From assembly GCF_004010195.1 (NCBI RefSeq), contig NC_057755.1, positions 2,873,498 to 2,937,497 of the forward strand: a stretch of 64,000 nt of DNA. Direction: 5' to 3'. The translations under genes and the position numbers were made by a program. Of the stretch, positions 38,515-52,561 are shown one piece after another; position 1 is the first letter of the stretch, and every line of letters starts with the position of its first letter. The DNA is from Chiloscyllium plagiosum (lineage: Eukaryota). Below the pieces are notes generated by a model. The model was not told the origin of the DNA. It saw only the letters and a list, made by a program, of their open reading frames with translations, and ran no database searches.

Positions 38515-41125
38515 CGAGTCATACAGTCACAGAGATGTACACCACGGAAACAAACCCTTTGGTCCAACCCGCCCATGCGGACCAGATATCCTAACCTAAT
38601 ATCCTCCCATTTGCCAGCATTTGTCTCATATCCCTCTAAATCATTCCTGTTCACATACCCATCCAGGTGTCTTTCGAATGTTGGAATTGTTTTACCTTCA
38701 ACCACTTCCTCTGGCAGCTCATTCAATACACACACCACCCTCTGTGTGAAAATGTTGCCCTGTTGGTACCTTTTAAGTTTTTCCCCTTACCTTAAACCTA
38801 TGTCCTCGAGTTCTGGTCTTCCTCCACCCCAGAGAAAATACCTTGTCTATTCACCCTACCTCTGCCCCTCATGATTTTATAAACCTCCATATATCACCCC
38901 TCAGCCTCTGACATTCCAGGAAAAACAGCCCAAGCCTATTCAGCCTCTCCTTATTGCTCAAATATTTCAACCATGGCAACATCCTTGCAAGTCTTTTCCG
39001 AACCCTTTCAAGTTTCACAATACCCTTCTGATAGCAAGGAGATTAGAATTGCACGCAATATCCCCAAAATGCCCTAACCAATGTCCTGTACAGACGCAAC
39101 ATGACCTCCCAACTCCTGTGCTCTGACCAATAAAGGAAAACATACCAAATGTCTTCTTCACTGTCCTATTTACCTGCAACCCCACTTTCTAGGAACCGTG
39201 AACCTGCACTCCAAGGTCTCTTTGTTTTGCAACACTCCCTCGGACCTCACTATTAAGTGTATAAGTACTGCTTTGATTTGCTTTTGTAAAATGCAGCACC
39301 ACGCATTTATCGAAATTAAACTGCACTCCTCAGTCTATTGGCCCACCTGATTAAGATTCCATTGTATTCTGAGGTAACCTTCTTTGCTGTCCACTACACC
39401 TCTAATTTAGGCGTCATCTGCAAACTTACTAACTGCAGCTCCAAAGTTCAGGCTTATTCCTGATGAAGGGTTTTTTCACAAAACGTCGATTCTCCAGCTC
39501 CTTGGATGCTGCCTGACCTGATGTGTTTTACAGCATCACACTCTCAACTCCTATGTTCACATCCAAATCATGCAAGGCCATAATGAAATGGTAGGGGCGA
39601 ATGCCAGAAACAACACTAACTCTGACAATCCCTCTACCAATGAGACTGCTTCGGACATCTGTCCTATATCTTTGACCCCTCAATTTAAAGCTATGGCCTC
39701 TTGTGCTAGCCATCACTATTCAAGGAAAAAGGCTCTCACTGTCCGCCCGATCGAATCCTCCAGATCACCTTATATATGTCTATTAAGTCACCTCTGAAGC
39801 TTCTTCTTTTGAATTAAAACTGCCTCAAGTCCCTCAGCCTGTCCCCATGAAACCTTGCTTCCATACCAGACAACATCTTGGTAAATCTCCTCTGTACCGT
39901 TTCCAAGGCTGCTGTGTGCGTCCTATAATACAGCGACCAGAACTGTATGCAATACTCCAAGTGCGTCTGCACCAGAGCTTTGTACAGCTGCAACATGACC
40001 TCATGGCTCTGAAACACAATCCCTCTACCAATAAAAGCTAACACACTGTATGCCTTCTTCACAACCATATCAACCTGGGTGGCAACTTTCAGGGATCTAT
40101 GAACACGGACACAGTGATCTCTCTGCTCATCCACATTACCAAGAATCTTACCATTAGCCCAGGACTCTGCATTCCCCTTATTGCTTCCAAAGTCAATCAC
40201 CTCATTCTTTTCTGCATTAAACTCCATTTGCCACTTCTCACCCCAGCTCTGCGCCTTATTTATGTCCCGTCGTAACCTGCAACATCCTTCAGCACTATGC
40301 ACAATCCACCGACCTTAGTGTCATCTGCAAATTTACTAAGCCATTCTTCTACGGCTTTTTGTAAATATTACAAACGGCACAGGCCTCAAAACGGATCCTT
40401 GTGCAACATCATTAGTAACTGAACTCCAGGATGAATATTTCCCATCAACCACCACTTTCTATCTTCTTTCAACTACCTAATTTCTGACCTAAAGTTGCTA
40501 AATCACCTTCAATCCCATTACTCCGTATTTCCTGCGATAGCCTACCGTGGGGAACCTGTTCAAATGCTTTACTGAAATCCATACACACAACATCAACCGC
40601 TTTACCCTCATTAACCTGTCGGTCCCCTTCTCAAAAAACTCAATAAGGTTTGTGAGGTCCAACCTACACTTCACAAAACCGTGTTGACTATCCCTAATTA
40701 ATCTATCCCTTTATCGATGATTACAAATCGTATCTCTTATAAGGCTTTCTCACACTCTACCCACTCTACCTACTCAAGTCAGCCTTTAACAACCAGGGTT
40801 GGGTCTACTCCCCTTTTTGAACAAGGGAACAACATTTGCTATCCATTAGTCTTCAGGAACTATTCCTGTATACAATGACGACATAAAGATCAAAGACAAA
40901 GGCTCCACAATCTCCTCCCTGGCTTTCTAAAGAATCCGAGGATACATTCCATCCATCCCAGAGGACTTACCTATTCCTACGCTTTCTCGAATTGATATCA
41001 CCTCCTTCTTGCGAAACTAAATCCCGCCTAGTCTCGTAGCTTGTATCTTAGTATTACCCTCGACAAAATTCTTTTTTTCCAGTGTGAGTACTGACGAAAA
41101 ATATTCATTTAGCACCTGGCCCATT
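38515..41125 (-). mobile_element. Two CR1 LINE 3' fragments (38515-39440; 39545-41125) with a Penelope terminal repeat between them (39450-39545, +)
   Basis: KFADDA/KFADDT RT motifs; WQMEFNAEK..LYKALVQTHLEYCIQFW; attcctgatgaaggg...aaaacgtcgattc. Confidence 0.82.
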
Positions 41126-43745
41126 TAGAGTCATAGAGTCATAGAGATGTACAGAATGGAAACCGACCCTTCGGTCCAACGTGTCCACGCCAAAAAGATA
41201 TCCCAACCCAATCTAGTCACACCTGCCAGCACACGGTCCACATCCCTCCAACCTTTCCTATTCATATACCCATCCAAATGCCTCTTAAATGTTGCAATTG
41301 TACCAGACTCCACCACATCCTCTGGCAGCTCATTCCGTACACATACCACCCTCTGTGTGAAAAAGTTGCCCCTTAGTTCTCTTTTATATCTTTCCCCCTC
41401 ACCTTAAACATATGCGCCCTGGTTGTGGAATCCCCGATCCCTGGGAAAAGACTTTGTCTATTTATCCCCTTATAATTTTATTAACCCTTATAAGGTTACC
41501 CCTCAGCATTCGATTATCCATGGAAAATGTCCTCAGCCTGTTCAGCCTCTCTCTATAGCTCAAATCTTCCAACCCTGGCAACATCCTTGTAAATCTTTTC
41601 TGAACGCTTTCGAGTTTCGCAACATCTTTCCGATAGGAAGGAGACTAGAATTGCACGCAATATTCCAACAATGGCCAAGCCAATGTCCTGTACAGCCGCA
41701 ACATAACGTCTAAACTCCTGTACTCAATACTCTGACCAATAAAGGAAAGCATGCCACACGCCTTCTTCACTATTCTATCTACCTGCGACTCCACTTTCAA
41801 AGAGCTATGAACCTGCACTCCAAGGTCTCTTTGTTCAGAAACACTCCCAGGACCTTAACATTAAGTGTACACGTCCTGCTAAGATTTGCTTTCACAAAAT
41901 GCAGCACCTCGCATTTATTTGAATTAATCTACATCTACCACTTCTCAGCCTATTGGCCCATCTGGTCCAGATCCTGTTGTAATCTTCGGTAACCCTCTTC
42001 GCTGTCCACAACACCTCCAATTTTGGTGTCATCTGCAAACTTACTAACTGTATCTTTAATGCTCGCATCCAAATCATTTATGAAAATGACAAAAAGTAGA
42101 GGGCCAAGCACCGATCCTTGTGGAACTCCACTGGTCACAGGCCTCCAGTGGGAAAAACAACCTTCCACCACCACCCTCTGTCTTCTACCTTTGAGCCAGT
42201 TTTGTATCCAAATGGCTAGTTCTCCCTATATTCCATGAGATCAAACCTTGCTAATCAGTCTCCCATGGGGAACTTTCTCAAACGCCTTACTGAAGTCCAT
42301 ATAGATCACATCTACTGCTCTGCCCTCATCAATCTTCTTTGTTACTTCTTCCAAAAACTGAATCAAGTTTATGAGACATGATTTCCCATGTACAAAGCCA
42401 TGTTGACTATCCCAAATCAGTCCTTGCCTTTCCAAGTACATTTACATCCTGTCCCTCAGGATTCCCTCCACCAACTTGCCCGCCACTGAGATCAGGCTCA
42501 ACGGTCTATAGTTCCCTGGCTTGTCTTTACAGCCCTTCTTAAACAGTGGCACCACGTTTGCCAACCTGAAGTCTTCCAGCACCTCACCTGTGACTATCAA
42601 TGATACAAATATCTCAGCAAGAGTCCAACAATCACTTCTCTAGCTTCCCACAGAGTTCTCGGGTACACCTGATCAGGTCCTGGGGATTTATCCACCTTAA
42701 CCGTTTCAAGACATCCAGCACGTCCTCCTCTGCAATCTGGACATTTTTCAAGATGTTACCATCTATTTCCCTACAGTCTATATCACCCATGTTCTTTCCC
42801 ACAGTAAATACTGATGCAAAATATTCATTTAGTATCTCCCCATTTTCTGTGGCTCCACACAGATGCCGACTTGCTGATCTTTGAGGGGTCCTATTCACTT
42901 CCGAGTTAACTTTTTGTCCTTAATATATTTGCAAAAACTCTTTGGATTCCCCTTAATTCTATTTGCCAACACTATCTAATATTGCCTTGTTGCCCTCCTG
43001 ACTTCCCTGTTAAGTATACTCTTACTTTCTTTATACTCTTCTAAGGATTCACTCGATCTATCTTGTATATACCTGAGATGTGTTTCCTTCTTTTTCTTAA
43101 GCAAACCCTCAATTTCTTTAGTCATCCAACATTCCCTATACCTACCAGACTTCCCTTTCACCCTGACAGGAATGTACTTTCTCTGAATTCTTGTTATGTT
43201 ATTTCTGAAGGCTTCCCATTTTCCAGCTGTTCCTTTAACTGCGAATATCTACCTCCAATCAGCTTTCGAAAGTTCTTGCCTAATTCCGTCAAAATTGGCC
43301 TCTCTCCAATTTAGAACTTCAACTTTTCGAACTGGTCTATCCTTTTCCATCACGATTTTAAAACGAATAGAATTATGGTCGCTGGTTCCAAAGTGCTCCC
43401 CCACTGGCACCTCAGTCACCTTCCCTGCCTTATTTCCCAAGAGTAGGTCAAGTTTTGCACCATCTCTAGTAGGTACATCCACATACTGAATCAAAAAATT
43501 GTCTTGTACACGCTTAAGAAATTCCTCTCCATCTAAACCTTTAACACTATGGCAGTCCCAGTCGATGTTTGAAAAGTTAAAATCCCCGACCATAACTACC
43601 CTATTATTCTTACCGACAGCTGAAATCTCCTTACAAGTTTGTTTCTCAATTTCTCTCTGACTATTAGGCGGTCTATAATACAATCCCAATAAGGTGATCA
43701 TTCATTTCTTATTTCTCAGTTCCACCTAAATAACTACCCTGGAAT
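41126..43745 (-). mobile_element. CR1 LINE ORF2 (APE C-half, RT, tail)
   Basis: [48 protein letters not shown]; (tctatgac)n tail. Confidence 0.92.
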
Positions 43746-43759
43746 CCCTCAGACTCCAC

Positions 43760-45090
43760 ATACAACTTCCCACTACTGTCCTTGATTGGCTCTCATCTTA
43801 CTCCAGTCATTCTTTTATTCCTGATAGACCTACAAAAAGCGTCAGGGTTTTCCTTGATCATACCTGCTAATGACTTCTCATGTCCCCTCCTGGCTCTTCT
43901 TAACACTTTCTTTTGGTCTTTCCTGGCTTGCTTCTAATTCTCAAGAGCCCTAACTGAGCCTTCACATCTCATCCTAACATAAGCCTTCTTCTTCCTTTTA
44001 ACAAGAGATTTACTTTTTTTAGTAAACCATGGCTCCCTCGCTCAACCACTTCCTCTCTGCCCGACAGCTACATACTTATCAAGATTTGGAGATGCCGGTG
44101 TTGGACTGGGGTGTNNNNNNNNNNNNNNNNNNNNNNNNNNNNNNNNNNCGACAATCACCTGATGAAGGAGCGGCGCTCCGAAAGCTAGTGTGCTTCCCAT
44201 TAAACCTTTTTGACTATAACCTGGTGTCTGTGATTTTTAACTTTATACTTATCATGGAAATGCATAAGCTCTTCCTTGATGAATACGCTCAATTCAATTG
44301 TGCCCATCCCTGCAGTTTTCTTCACGTTTTTATGCATTCTACATCTTGTCTAATCACATCATAATTGCCTTTTCCCCAGCTATGACTCTTGCCCCGTGGT
44401 GTATACTGTTCCCTTTCCATCACTAAAGTTAACATAATCAAATTATGGTCGCTATCAGCCAAAATGCTCACCTACCATCAAATCTAACACCTGGTCAGGT
44501 TCATTGCCCAATACTTATGCCTCACGTCTTCTTGGCCTATCGATATACTGTGTCAGGAAACCATCCTCCACAAATTGGACAAAAACTGATCCATCTAAAG
44601 TACTCGACCTATAACATTTCCAGTCAATATTTGGAAACTTATACACACCTTCCCTGTTACTCTCGATCCTATCCAGAGTCATCTTTGCAATCCTTTCCTC
44701 TACAACTCTGGATCGTTCAGAGGTCTATAGAAAACTCCCTACAGGGTGACCTCTCCTTTCCTGTTTCTAATATAAGCCAATTCTACCTCAGTAGATGAGT
44801 CATCAAACATAATATGGTCTTTGACTGACAATGCTCCACTTCCCCGCTTTCACCACCTTCACTTTTCTTACTGAAACATGTATACCCCGGAGCCTGCAAC
44901 AATTATTTCTGGACCTGTTCTGTCCATGCCTCCGAAATGGTCATAACATTGAAGTCCAAGTTACCAATCCATGCTACAAGTTCACGCACTATATTGCAGA
45001 TGCACCTGGTGTTGAAGTAGACGTACTTCACATCACCTTCCTCCCTGCCAGTACCTTATTTCTGACCTCACTCCTCTCAACCTCCTAGAA
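43760..45090 (-). mobile_element. Older CR1 ORF2 fragments, interrupted by a small gapped insert at 44095-44245
   Basis: Reverse complement resembles 61480-62560. Confidence 0.7.
44156..44190 (+). ncRNA. Minimal type I hammerhead ribozyme motif (family B)
   Basis: cac-CTGATGA-a-ggagc/ggc/gctcc-GAA-AGCT-A-gtg; perfect stems I and II. Confidence 0.75.
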
Positions 45091-45639
45091 ACTTTTGAAC
45101 AAAGAGAAAGGCACTGAGAACACAGAATCCTATTTACCTAATCTCTTCAGCACACACTAGTCCATGACAGGGACGGCAGTTCTTGATTTAATCTTCTGAA
45201 ATGATGCTGGGCTTGTAGATGAATTGGCAGGGATGGTTTGTTTTTGGGACAGTGACATTAACACGTTTACATTGAATGTAAACACAAAACAAGACAAAGA
45301 CAACAAGGGTCAAACCTCGATTTTTGTTGCACCCAAATATGATGAACCTGAGAGATTAGCTGGTGTATTTGAGCTGGATCTTGAAGAGAAGATAAGGACT
45401 AATCAGTCGGAGGATTTCAAAAGTGAGGTTCTGGAGACACAGTATAGACATGACACAACAACAGAAATCGTCATATATCCAGATCTCAAACCCCAGGGCA
45501 AGATGGACCAGTCAAAGAAAGATCCTTACCATAACAAAAAAACAGAAAATTATAGGCAGCCATACAGAAAATCTAAACGAAATATAAATTCGGAAAGGTC
45601 AAGGAAGCAGAGGAAAATTACTGGCGGGTAAGATAGACA

Positions 45640-47532
45640 AAAAAAAACAACAAGTTTCACCATATAACGGAAGTGGGAGTATACATAAGAGGGAAAACGG
45701 GGGGCAGAAAGGGAACTTGAGGTAGATTTGGCAAAGAGAATTAAGGAGAATCCAAAGGGTTTTTACAAATACATTAAGGACAAAAAGATAACTAGGAAGA
45801 GAGTAGTGCCCCTCAAAGATCAGCAAGGCAGCCTTTGGGTGGAGCCGCAGAAAATGGGGAAGTTAATAAATGAGTATTTTGCATCAGTATATATTGTGGA
45901 AAAGGATATGGAAGATATAGACTGGAGGGAAGTGGATGGTGACATCTTGCAAAATGTCCAGATTGCAGAGGAGGACGTGCTGGATGTCTTGAAACGGGTA
46001 AAGATGGATAAATCCGAGAACCTGATCATGTATACCCGAGAACTCTGTGGGAAGCTAAAGAATGGATTGCTGGGCCTCATGCTGCGATATTTGTATCATT
46101 GACAGTCACAGGTGAGGAACCGGAAGACTAGAGGTTGGCAACCGTGGTGCCACTGTTTAAGAAGGGCGTTAAGAAAATGCCAGGGAACTATAGACTTGTG
46201 AGCCTGACCTGAGGGCAAGTTGTTGGAGGGAATCCTGAGGGGCAGGATGTATAGGTATTTGCAAAGGCAAGGGCTGATTAGGGATAGTCGACATGGCTTT
46301 GTGCTTGGGCAATCATGTCTCACAAACTTGATTGAGTGTTTTGAGGAAGTAACAAAGAGGACTGATGAGGACAGAGCAGTAGATGGACTTCAGTAAGGCA
46401 TTCGACACGGTTCCCCATGGGAGACTGATTAGCAAGGTTAGATTTCATGGAATGCAGGGAGAACTAGCCATTTGGATATAGAACTGGCTCAAAGGTAGAA
46501 GACAGAGGTCGGTGGTGGGAGGGTTGTTTTTCGGACTGGTGGCCTGTGGCCAGTGGTGTGCCACAAGGATCGGTGCTGGGTCCTCTACGTTTTGTCATTT
46601 TCATAAATGATTTGGATGCGAGCATAAGAGGTACAGTTAGTAAGTTTGCAGATGACACCAAAATTAGACGTGTAGTGGACAGCGAAGAGAGTTACCTCAG
46701 ATCACAACAGGACCTTGACCAAATGGGCAAATGGGCTGAGAAGTGGCAGATGGAATTTATTTCAGATAAATGCGAGGTGCTGCATTTTGGGAAAGCAAAT
46801 ATTAGCAGGACTTATATACTTAATGGTAAAGTCGTAGGGAGTGTTGCTGAACAGAGACCTTGTTGTGCAGATTCATAGCTCCTTGAAAGTGGAGTCGCAG
46901 GTAGACAGGATAGTGAAGTATGTGTTTGGTATGCTTTCTTTTATTGGTCAGAGTATTGAGTACAGGAGTTGGGATGTCATGTTGCGGCTGTACAGGACAT
47001 TGATTAGGCCACTGTTGGAATATTGCGTGAAATGCTGGTCTCCTTCCTATCGGAAAGATGTTGTGAAACTTGAAAGGTTTCAGAAAAGATTTACAAAGAT
47101 GTTGCCGGAGTTGAAGGATTTGAGCTACAGGGAGAGGCTGAACAGGCTGGGGCTGTTTTCCCTGGAGCGTCAGACGCTGAGTGGTGGTCTTAAAGAGGTT
47201 TACAAAATTATGAGGGACATTGATCGGATAAATAGGGAAAGTATTTTCCCTGGGGTCGGGGAGTCCAGAACGAGAGGGCATAGGTGTAGGGTGAAAGGGG
47301 AAAGATATAAAAGAGACCTAAGGGGCAACGTTTTCACACAGAGCGTGGTATGGTTATGGAATGAGCTGCCAGAGGAAGTGATGGAGTCTGGTACATTTGC
47401 AATATTTAAGAGGCATTTGAATGGATATATGAATAGGTGGGGCTCGATTGGGTTGGAATATCTGGTCGGCATGGACGGGTTGCACCGACTGGTCTGTTTC
47501 CATGGTGTACATCTCTATGACTCTATAACTTT
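45640..47532 (+). mobile_element. CR1 LINE ORF2 3' half with tail
   Basis: [31 protein letters not shown]; same subfamily as 41126-43745. Confidence 0.92.
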
Positions 47533-48169
47533 ATAACGTTAGAAAATTATACAGCTGTCAAAGAATCACACATGATGACTGGTATAAGCCAATGTACATT
47601 CGTACACTGACACCCATGCACAAACGTTGGTTAATCAATGCCTTAGTTATTACTTTATTATTCCAATACTTTGAAACATGTGACTGTTTGTGATTTATTT
47701 CCTATTGTGGCCGGACGGCCCACTCAATGTAATGAATTTATGATGGAAAATAATGAGCTTATGGAATTACAAAAGCTGGACAATGATTAAAGCATGCCGG
47801 GAAATGGGAACCAGTCTTGAACCGAGTGACTGCGCTGATCAACATGCTGCAGAATGCAGACAGGCTGCATCTACCAACAGGAGAAAGTGAGGACGGTAGA
47901 TGCCGGAGGGTCAGAGTCAAAATGTGTAGCACTGAAAGCACAGCAGTTCAGGCAATACCCGAGGAGCAGGAGAATAAGCCCTTCATCATACTTTGCACTT
48001 GCTGACACTGCAGCTACTCGCAGACAGTCTGCCAACAACCTGGTAGCTGCAGATCCTACAGTATCCGCACGGATTAGGGTTTGAATGTGACAATAGAATG
48101 TCATCCCCAGGACAATCAGAAACATCAAGGTGTGCACCAGACATGGAAGCACATCACCGCACATTAGAG

Positions 48170-48295
48170 GAGGTGCAGACACAGGGAGAATGTACAACCT
48201 TCACACAGATGTCACCCGAGGCTGGAATTGAACCCAGTTCCTTAGCGCTGTGAGGCAACAGTGCTAATCACTGAGCCACCTTGCCACCGTGTCGA
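48170..48295 (-). mobile_element. tRNA-derived SINE head
   Basis: A/B boxes on the minus strand. Confidence 0.75.
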
Positions 48296-48297
48296 CC

Positions 48298-48650
48298 AGC
48301 AATCGAAGGTGAGGTCGGAGGCTATCCTGCAGAATTTCTTTGGGATACTGGAAGTTCCTGCAAAACTCTGAATGCCTCTTGGTTTACTAATTTACCTTGG
48401 CAAGCCACAGGGGCTACTGTTTCAAGTGGGTTTACTGACCACGTAATCGAGGGGTATGTGACAGAACTGATAGACTTTAAACTGGGTGACATTACATGCC
48501 AGCACTCTACTATTCCAGTCAAATTTCCCCCAGGCACAGACCACATTCTTGGGATCGATTATATGACTGTGCAATCTTCATTTCGACCCAGTAAATGCTT
48601 GCATTTGGCAATTATCGCCAGTTCTGCATGCCCCATCCATCATCTGAATG
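48298..48650 (+). mobile_element. Retroviral-type aspartic protease relic
   Basis: IEGEVGGYPAEFLWDTGSS...SGFTDH...HILGIDYM: catalytic DTG, flap region and ILG-D helix. Confidence 0.75.
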
Positions 48651-48681
48651 GGTCATTATGCTAATTGGGTCATCACGATAG

Positions 48682-48895
48682 GGAATGCACGGTGGCACAG
48701 TGGTTAGTACTGCTGCCTTATGGTGCCACGGTCCTGGTTTCGATTCCAGCCTCAACCCACTGTCTGTGTGGAGTTTGCGCAATCTCCCTGTGTCTGTGTG
48801 GGTGTCCTTCCACAATCCAAAGATGTGCAAGTTGCATGAATTGGCGGTTCTAAATCACCCATAGTGTCAGGGATATGTAAATTAGGTACATTAGC
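48682..48895 (+). mobile_element. tRNA-derived SINE
   Basis: gcacggtggcacagtggttag...ggtttcgattcc and family body. Confidence 0.8.
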
Positions 48896-49735
48896 CCGTA
48901 TTCCCTCAAGATATAACACCACAAGACGTCTAGTACGGACTAAACACACGAGCTCAGACTCCCAGACAGTCATTCCATTGCTCACCAGTGGAGGGAAAGA
49001 TTAGATACAAACATGGGAACCGAGACGATTCAACATGGCCACGCCCATGGATACAGAGCGTTTAGAACCTCTGTTGGCTGCCTACTTAGCAAGCCCACTC
49101 AGTCACTAATCCTGGAGATGTAACAGATCCTGGCAGCCACCAAAGACAGAGTCCTACTGTTTCTGATTGTCCAAGCTCACACGGAACTCACCTGTCTTCC
49201 AACTCATCTTCTTGTGTACACAGATAGTATTAACCAGGTTACTGTTCTTTGGTATCCCTCATTTCTTTCATTTATATGTAAACCACTGGCCTCTTGACAC
49301 CGTTCACATTGGTACTTAACGTTAAATTGATGATCATACTTAACGGTCCCTTCAGCAGACTGTCTTCATCGTCACTTGTCTTTGAAAACACATCATGGTC
49401 GGGTCATTGAAAGTCCTTACCCCCACCACTGGAAAATAAAGTTAGAGCAGACCTGCCTCTGAAAACCAGCTGAACCGTCCACCTGTGGTCCACATTAGAA
49501 GTTTTCGGGTTGTTATTGATTTTAAAAAAAAAAATTGGGAGAGGGTGAGTATGCAGACGATAGAGTACTGTGTCGAAACTCGTCAGCTACAAAACAATGA
49601 TTACAACAGAATCAACCTTAATCTCTCCTGTGATAGCCATAACTGCACGAAATACAATCATGATGTACCTCATCAGGATCATTATCATAATTGGGAACCA
49701 GGTGCAGGAGACATCAACCAAACCTGGGGATACGT

Positions 49736-50105
49736 CCCCAGGCTATTTATGGTTTGGTCCACTGGATGTCTCCAGGATATTTATGGTTTCGCTCACTGGA
49801 TGTCCCCAGGCTATTTATGGTTTGGTCCACTGGATGTCTCCAGGATATTTATGGTTTGGCTCACTGGATGTCCCCTGGATATTTATGGTTTGGTCCAGTT
49901 GATGTTCCCAGGATATTTATGGTTTGGCTCACTGGATGTCCCAGGAAATTTATGGTTGACCCACTGGATGTCTCCAGGATATTTATGGTTGCCCCACTGG
50001 GTGTCCCCAGGATATGTAGGGTTTGGCCCAATGGATTTTCCCTGGATATTTATGGTTTGGCCCACTGGATGTCCTCTGGATATTTATGGTTTGGCCCATT
50101 GGATG
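49736..50105. repeat. 34-bp minisatellite, ~11 copies
   Basis: Unit ggatatttatggtttggtccactggatgtctcca at 49741, 49775, 49809... Confidence 0.95.
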
Positions 50106-50626
50106 CCTGCGAATGTGAGGATGGTGCATTATGGGTACACCCAAATAGGAGTATAATGTTTGGATGCACCAATCATCGGTAGTATATAAAAACACAAATA
50201 GTAGCTCAGATGATTGTTACCTGAGCGTAGGAATAACGTGTGATGGACTATTGCTGTTGTGGGTATGTTGGCTGAGCTGGGAAGTTGTTTTGCAAACGTT
50301 TAAAATTACAATAAACTACTGGAATCAGCAACCAGAAGCAGTAGGAATGGAACCAAATAAACTCCACAAGGCACAGTACAGCAGCGCTTCACAGGAGGCT
50401 CCAAACCACAGTGGATTTCACCTAGACATGGGACGAAGCATCTACACACCAACTTCCCTGCTCTACCAACATACCCACAACTATAACAACCAACAGCCGA
50501 GATACAAACCTTCATGGAAACCCTGAACTAGTGGGGATTCTCAAGCAATGGGTGCCCTGAGATAGAACAACAGAACCAGGTCCTATGCAGCATATCCGGA
50601 CAATGGATGAGTCAACAGTTGAGGGA

Positions 50627-51322
50627 AATGTTGTGGTTCTGTTCGCCGAGCTGGAAATCTTTGTTGCAAACGTTTCGTCCCCTGTCTAGGTGACATCCTC
50701 AGTGCTTGGGAGCCTCCTGTGAAGCGCTTCTGTGGTGTTTCGTCCGGCATTTATAGTGGCCTGTCCCTGCCGCTTCCGGTTGTCAGTTTCAGCTGTCCGC
50801 TGTAGTGGCCGGTATATTGGGTCCAGGTCGATGTGTTTGTTGATGGAGTTTGTGGATGAGTGCCATGCTTCTAGGAATTCCCTGGCTGTTTTTTGTTTGA
50901 CTTGCCCTATAATGGTAGTGTTGTCCCAGTCGAATTCATGTTGCTTGTCCTCTGCGCGTGTAGCTACTAAGGATAGCTGGTCGTGGGGTTTCGTGGCTAG
51001 TTGATGTTCATGGATGCGGATCGTTAGCTGTCTTCCTGTTTGTCCTATATAGTGTTTTGTGCAGTTCTTGCATGGGATTTTGTACACTACATTAGTTTTG
51101 CTCATGCTGGGTATCGGATCCTTCGTTCTGGTGAGTTGTTGTCTGAGGGTGGCTGTTGGTTTGTGTGCTGTTATAAGTCCTAGTGGTCGCAGTAGTCTGG
51201 CTGTCAGTAGTCTGGCAATTTCATCAACAGATGCCTAACAGAAAGACAATGGAACGAGGACATGCCGCAACCCAAAGGACTAGCCACGCTACCATACATC
51301 AGGAGCATTTCAGAAATGACAG
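50627..51322 (-). mobile_element. Penelope-like element 3' end (second family) with a short inverted 5' piece; older relic at ~50250-50525
   Basis: NVVYKIPCKNCTKHYIGQTGRQLTIRIHEH...REFLEAWHS (GIY-YIG). Confidence 0.9.
50666..50705 (-). ncRNA. Minimal hammerhead ribozyme motif (family C)
   Basis: gca-CTGAGGA-t-gtcacct/agac/aggggac-GAA-ACGT-T-tgc. Confidence 0.7.
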
Positions 51323-52560
51323 TATCGCCTATTTAGGGGAACTGTTTATGGAAGGGATCCTGATATCTTTTGAACAGCTGCATCAAAAATTTGGATTACC
51401 TAATGATGATCTCTTTCGATAATTCCAAATTCAAGATTACATACAGCAGAAGACTACACTATTAGATAGTCCTTCTAAATCAGAACAGAGAACGTAGAGT
51501 GTTATGACCAGTAGGGGTGCCTTCAGTCAGTACTCTTTATCATTTATTACATGATGAAGTATCGGAAGATATGGACAATCTAGTTAAAACATGGGATCAG
51601 GATTTGGGGCTGGAAATCTCCATAGAAATGTGGAATGACATTTGGGACACTGCCAGAAAAATCTCCATCTGCAACAGAATCCAGGTGATTCAGTTGAAGA
51701 TACTTCACAGGGCCCATATAGCACCAGACCAATTGGCAAATTTTAAGGCAGGAACATCTTCAGTGTGACCCAAATGTAAAACAGAGGTGGGCATTCTTGT
51801 ACACTGCTTATGGACTTGTCATAAGACCGGAAAAATTGGACTAAAGTAGCAAATGCACTGATAGAAATCTTGTGAACGGAAATTAGAGTGGATCCAGTAT
51901 CTCTCCTTTTGGGCTTTTCGAGCTTGCCTTCCCTGGGTGTGCACAGGAAGATATTATTTTCCATTTTCTCTTCCAGTGCAAGGAAAATTACTTTAGTAGA
52001 CTGGGTGGCTGAGGGCTCTCCTGGACTCTCGAATTGGCATAGAATGATCATGGAATATATTCCCCTTGACTTCCTTACAAACATGGTGCACCAAAAAACC
52101 GAATTATTCTCTAATATATGGCAGCTCTTCTTGAATTACGCAGATACAAATATTTCGGCATTTCCACCAAGGGCTTTTATCTAATCGCGACAATGACCCT
52201 GGCTGGGCCAGAGCCCCTTGGGGGAGGAATCTGCATGAATACGGGTTTTGTTACGAGCTGATGTTAACACATTCCTAGCATATACTTTACTACTCAATTT
52301 CTGTGTTATCCATCATTTTTTTCTTTTAATGTATAATGTAAGAAATTTAATCATGCACTCTGGTTAGTTGTAGATTAGATTAGTAGTTATTTGAGTTTTG
52401 TCTTTTTTTTCTTGTCAGTATCTCTCCTTTTGTTTGATAGATTTTGGTTATTATTTATTTAAGATGTAATTGTATATCAATGTTTATATTTGGGTTTTCT
52501 TTTATTTATAAACTTGTAAAACCATGTTATGTTTTCAATAAAAATAACTATTAAAGAAAA
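51322..52560 (+). mobile_element. L1/Tx1-clade LINE 3' end
   Basis: QLKILHRAH...PKC....LVHCLWTC..W C-terminal zinc-binding motif; T-rich 3'UTR with AATAAA and an A-rich end. Confidence 0.8.
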
Positions 52561-52561
52561 G

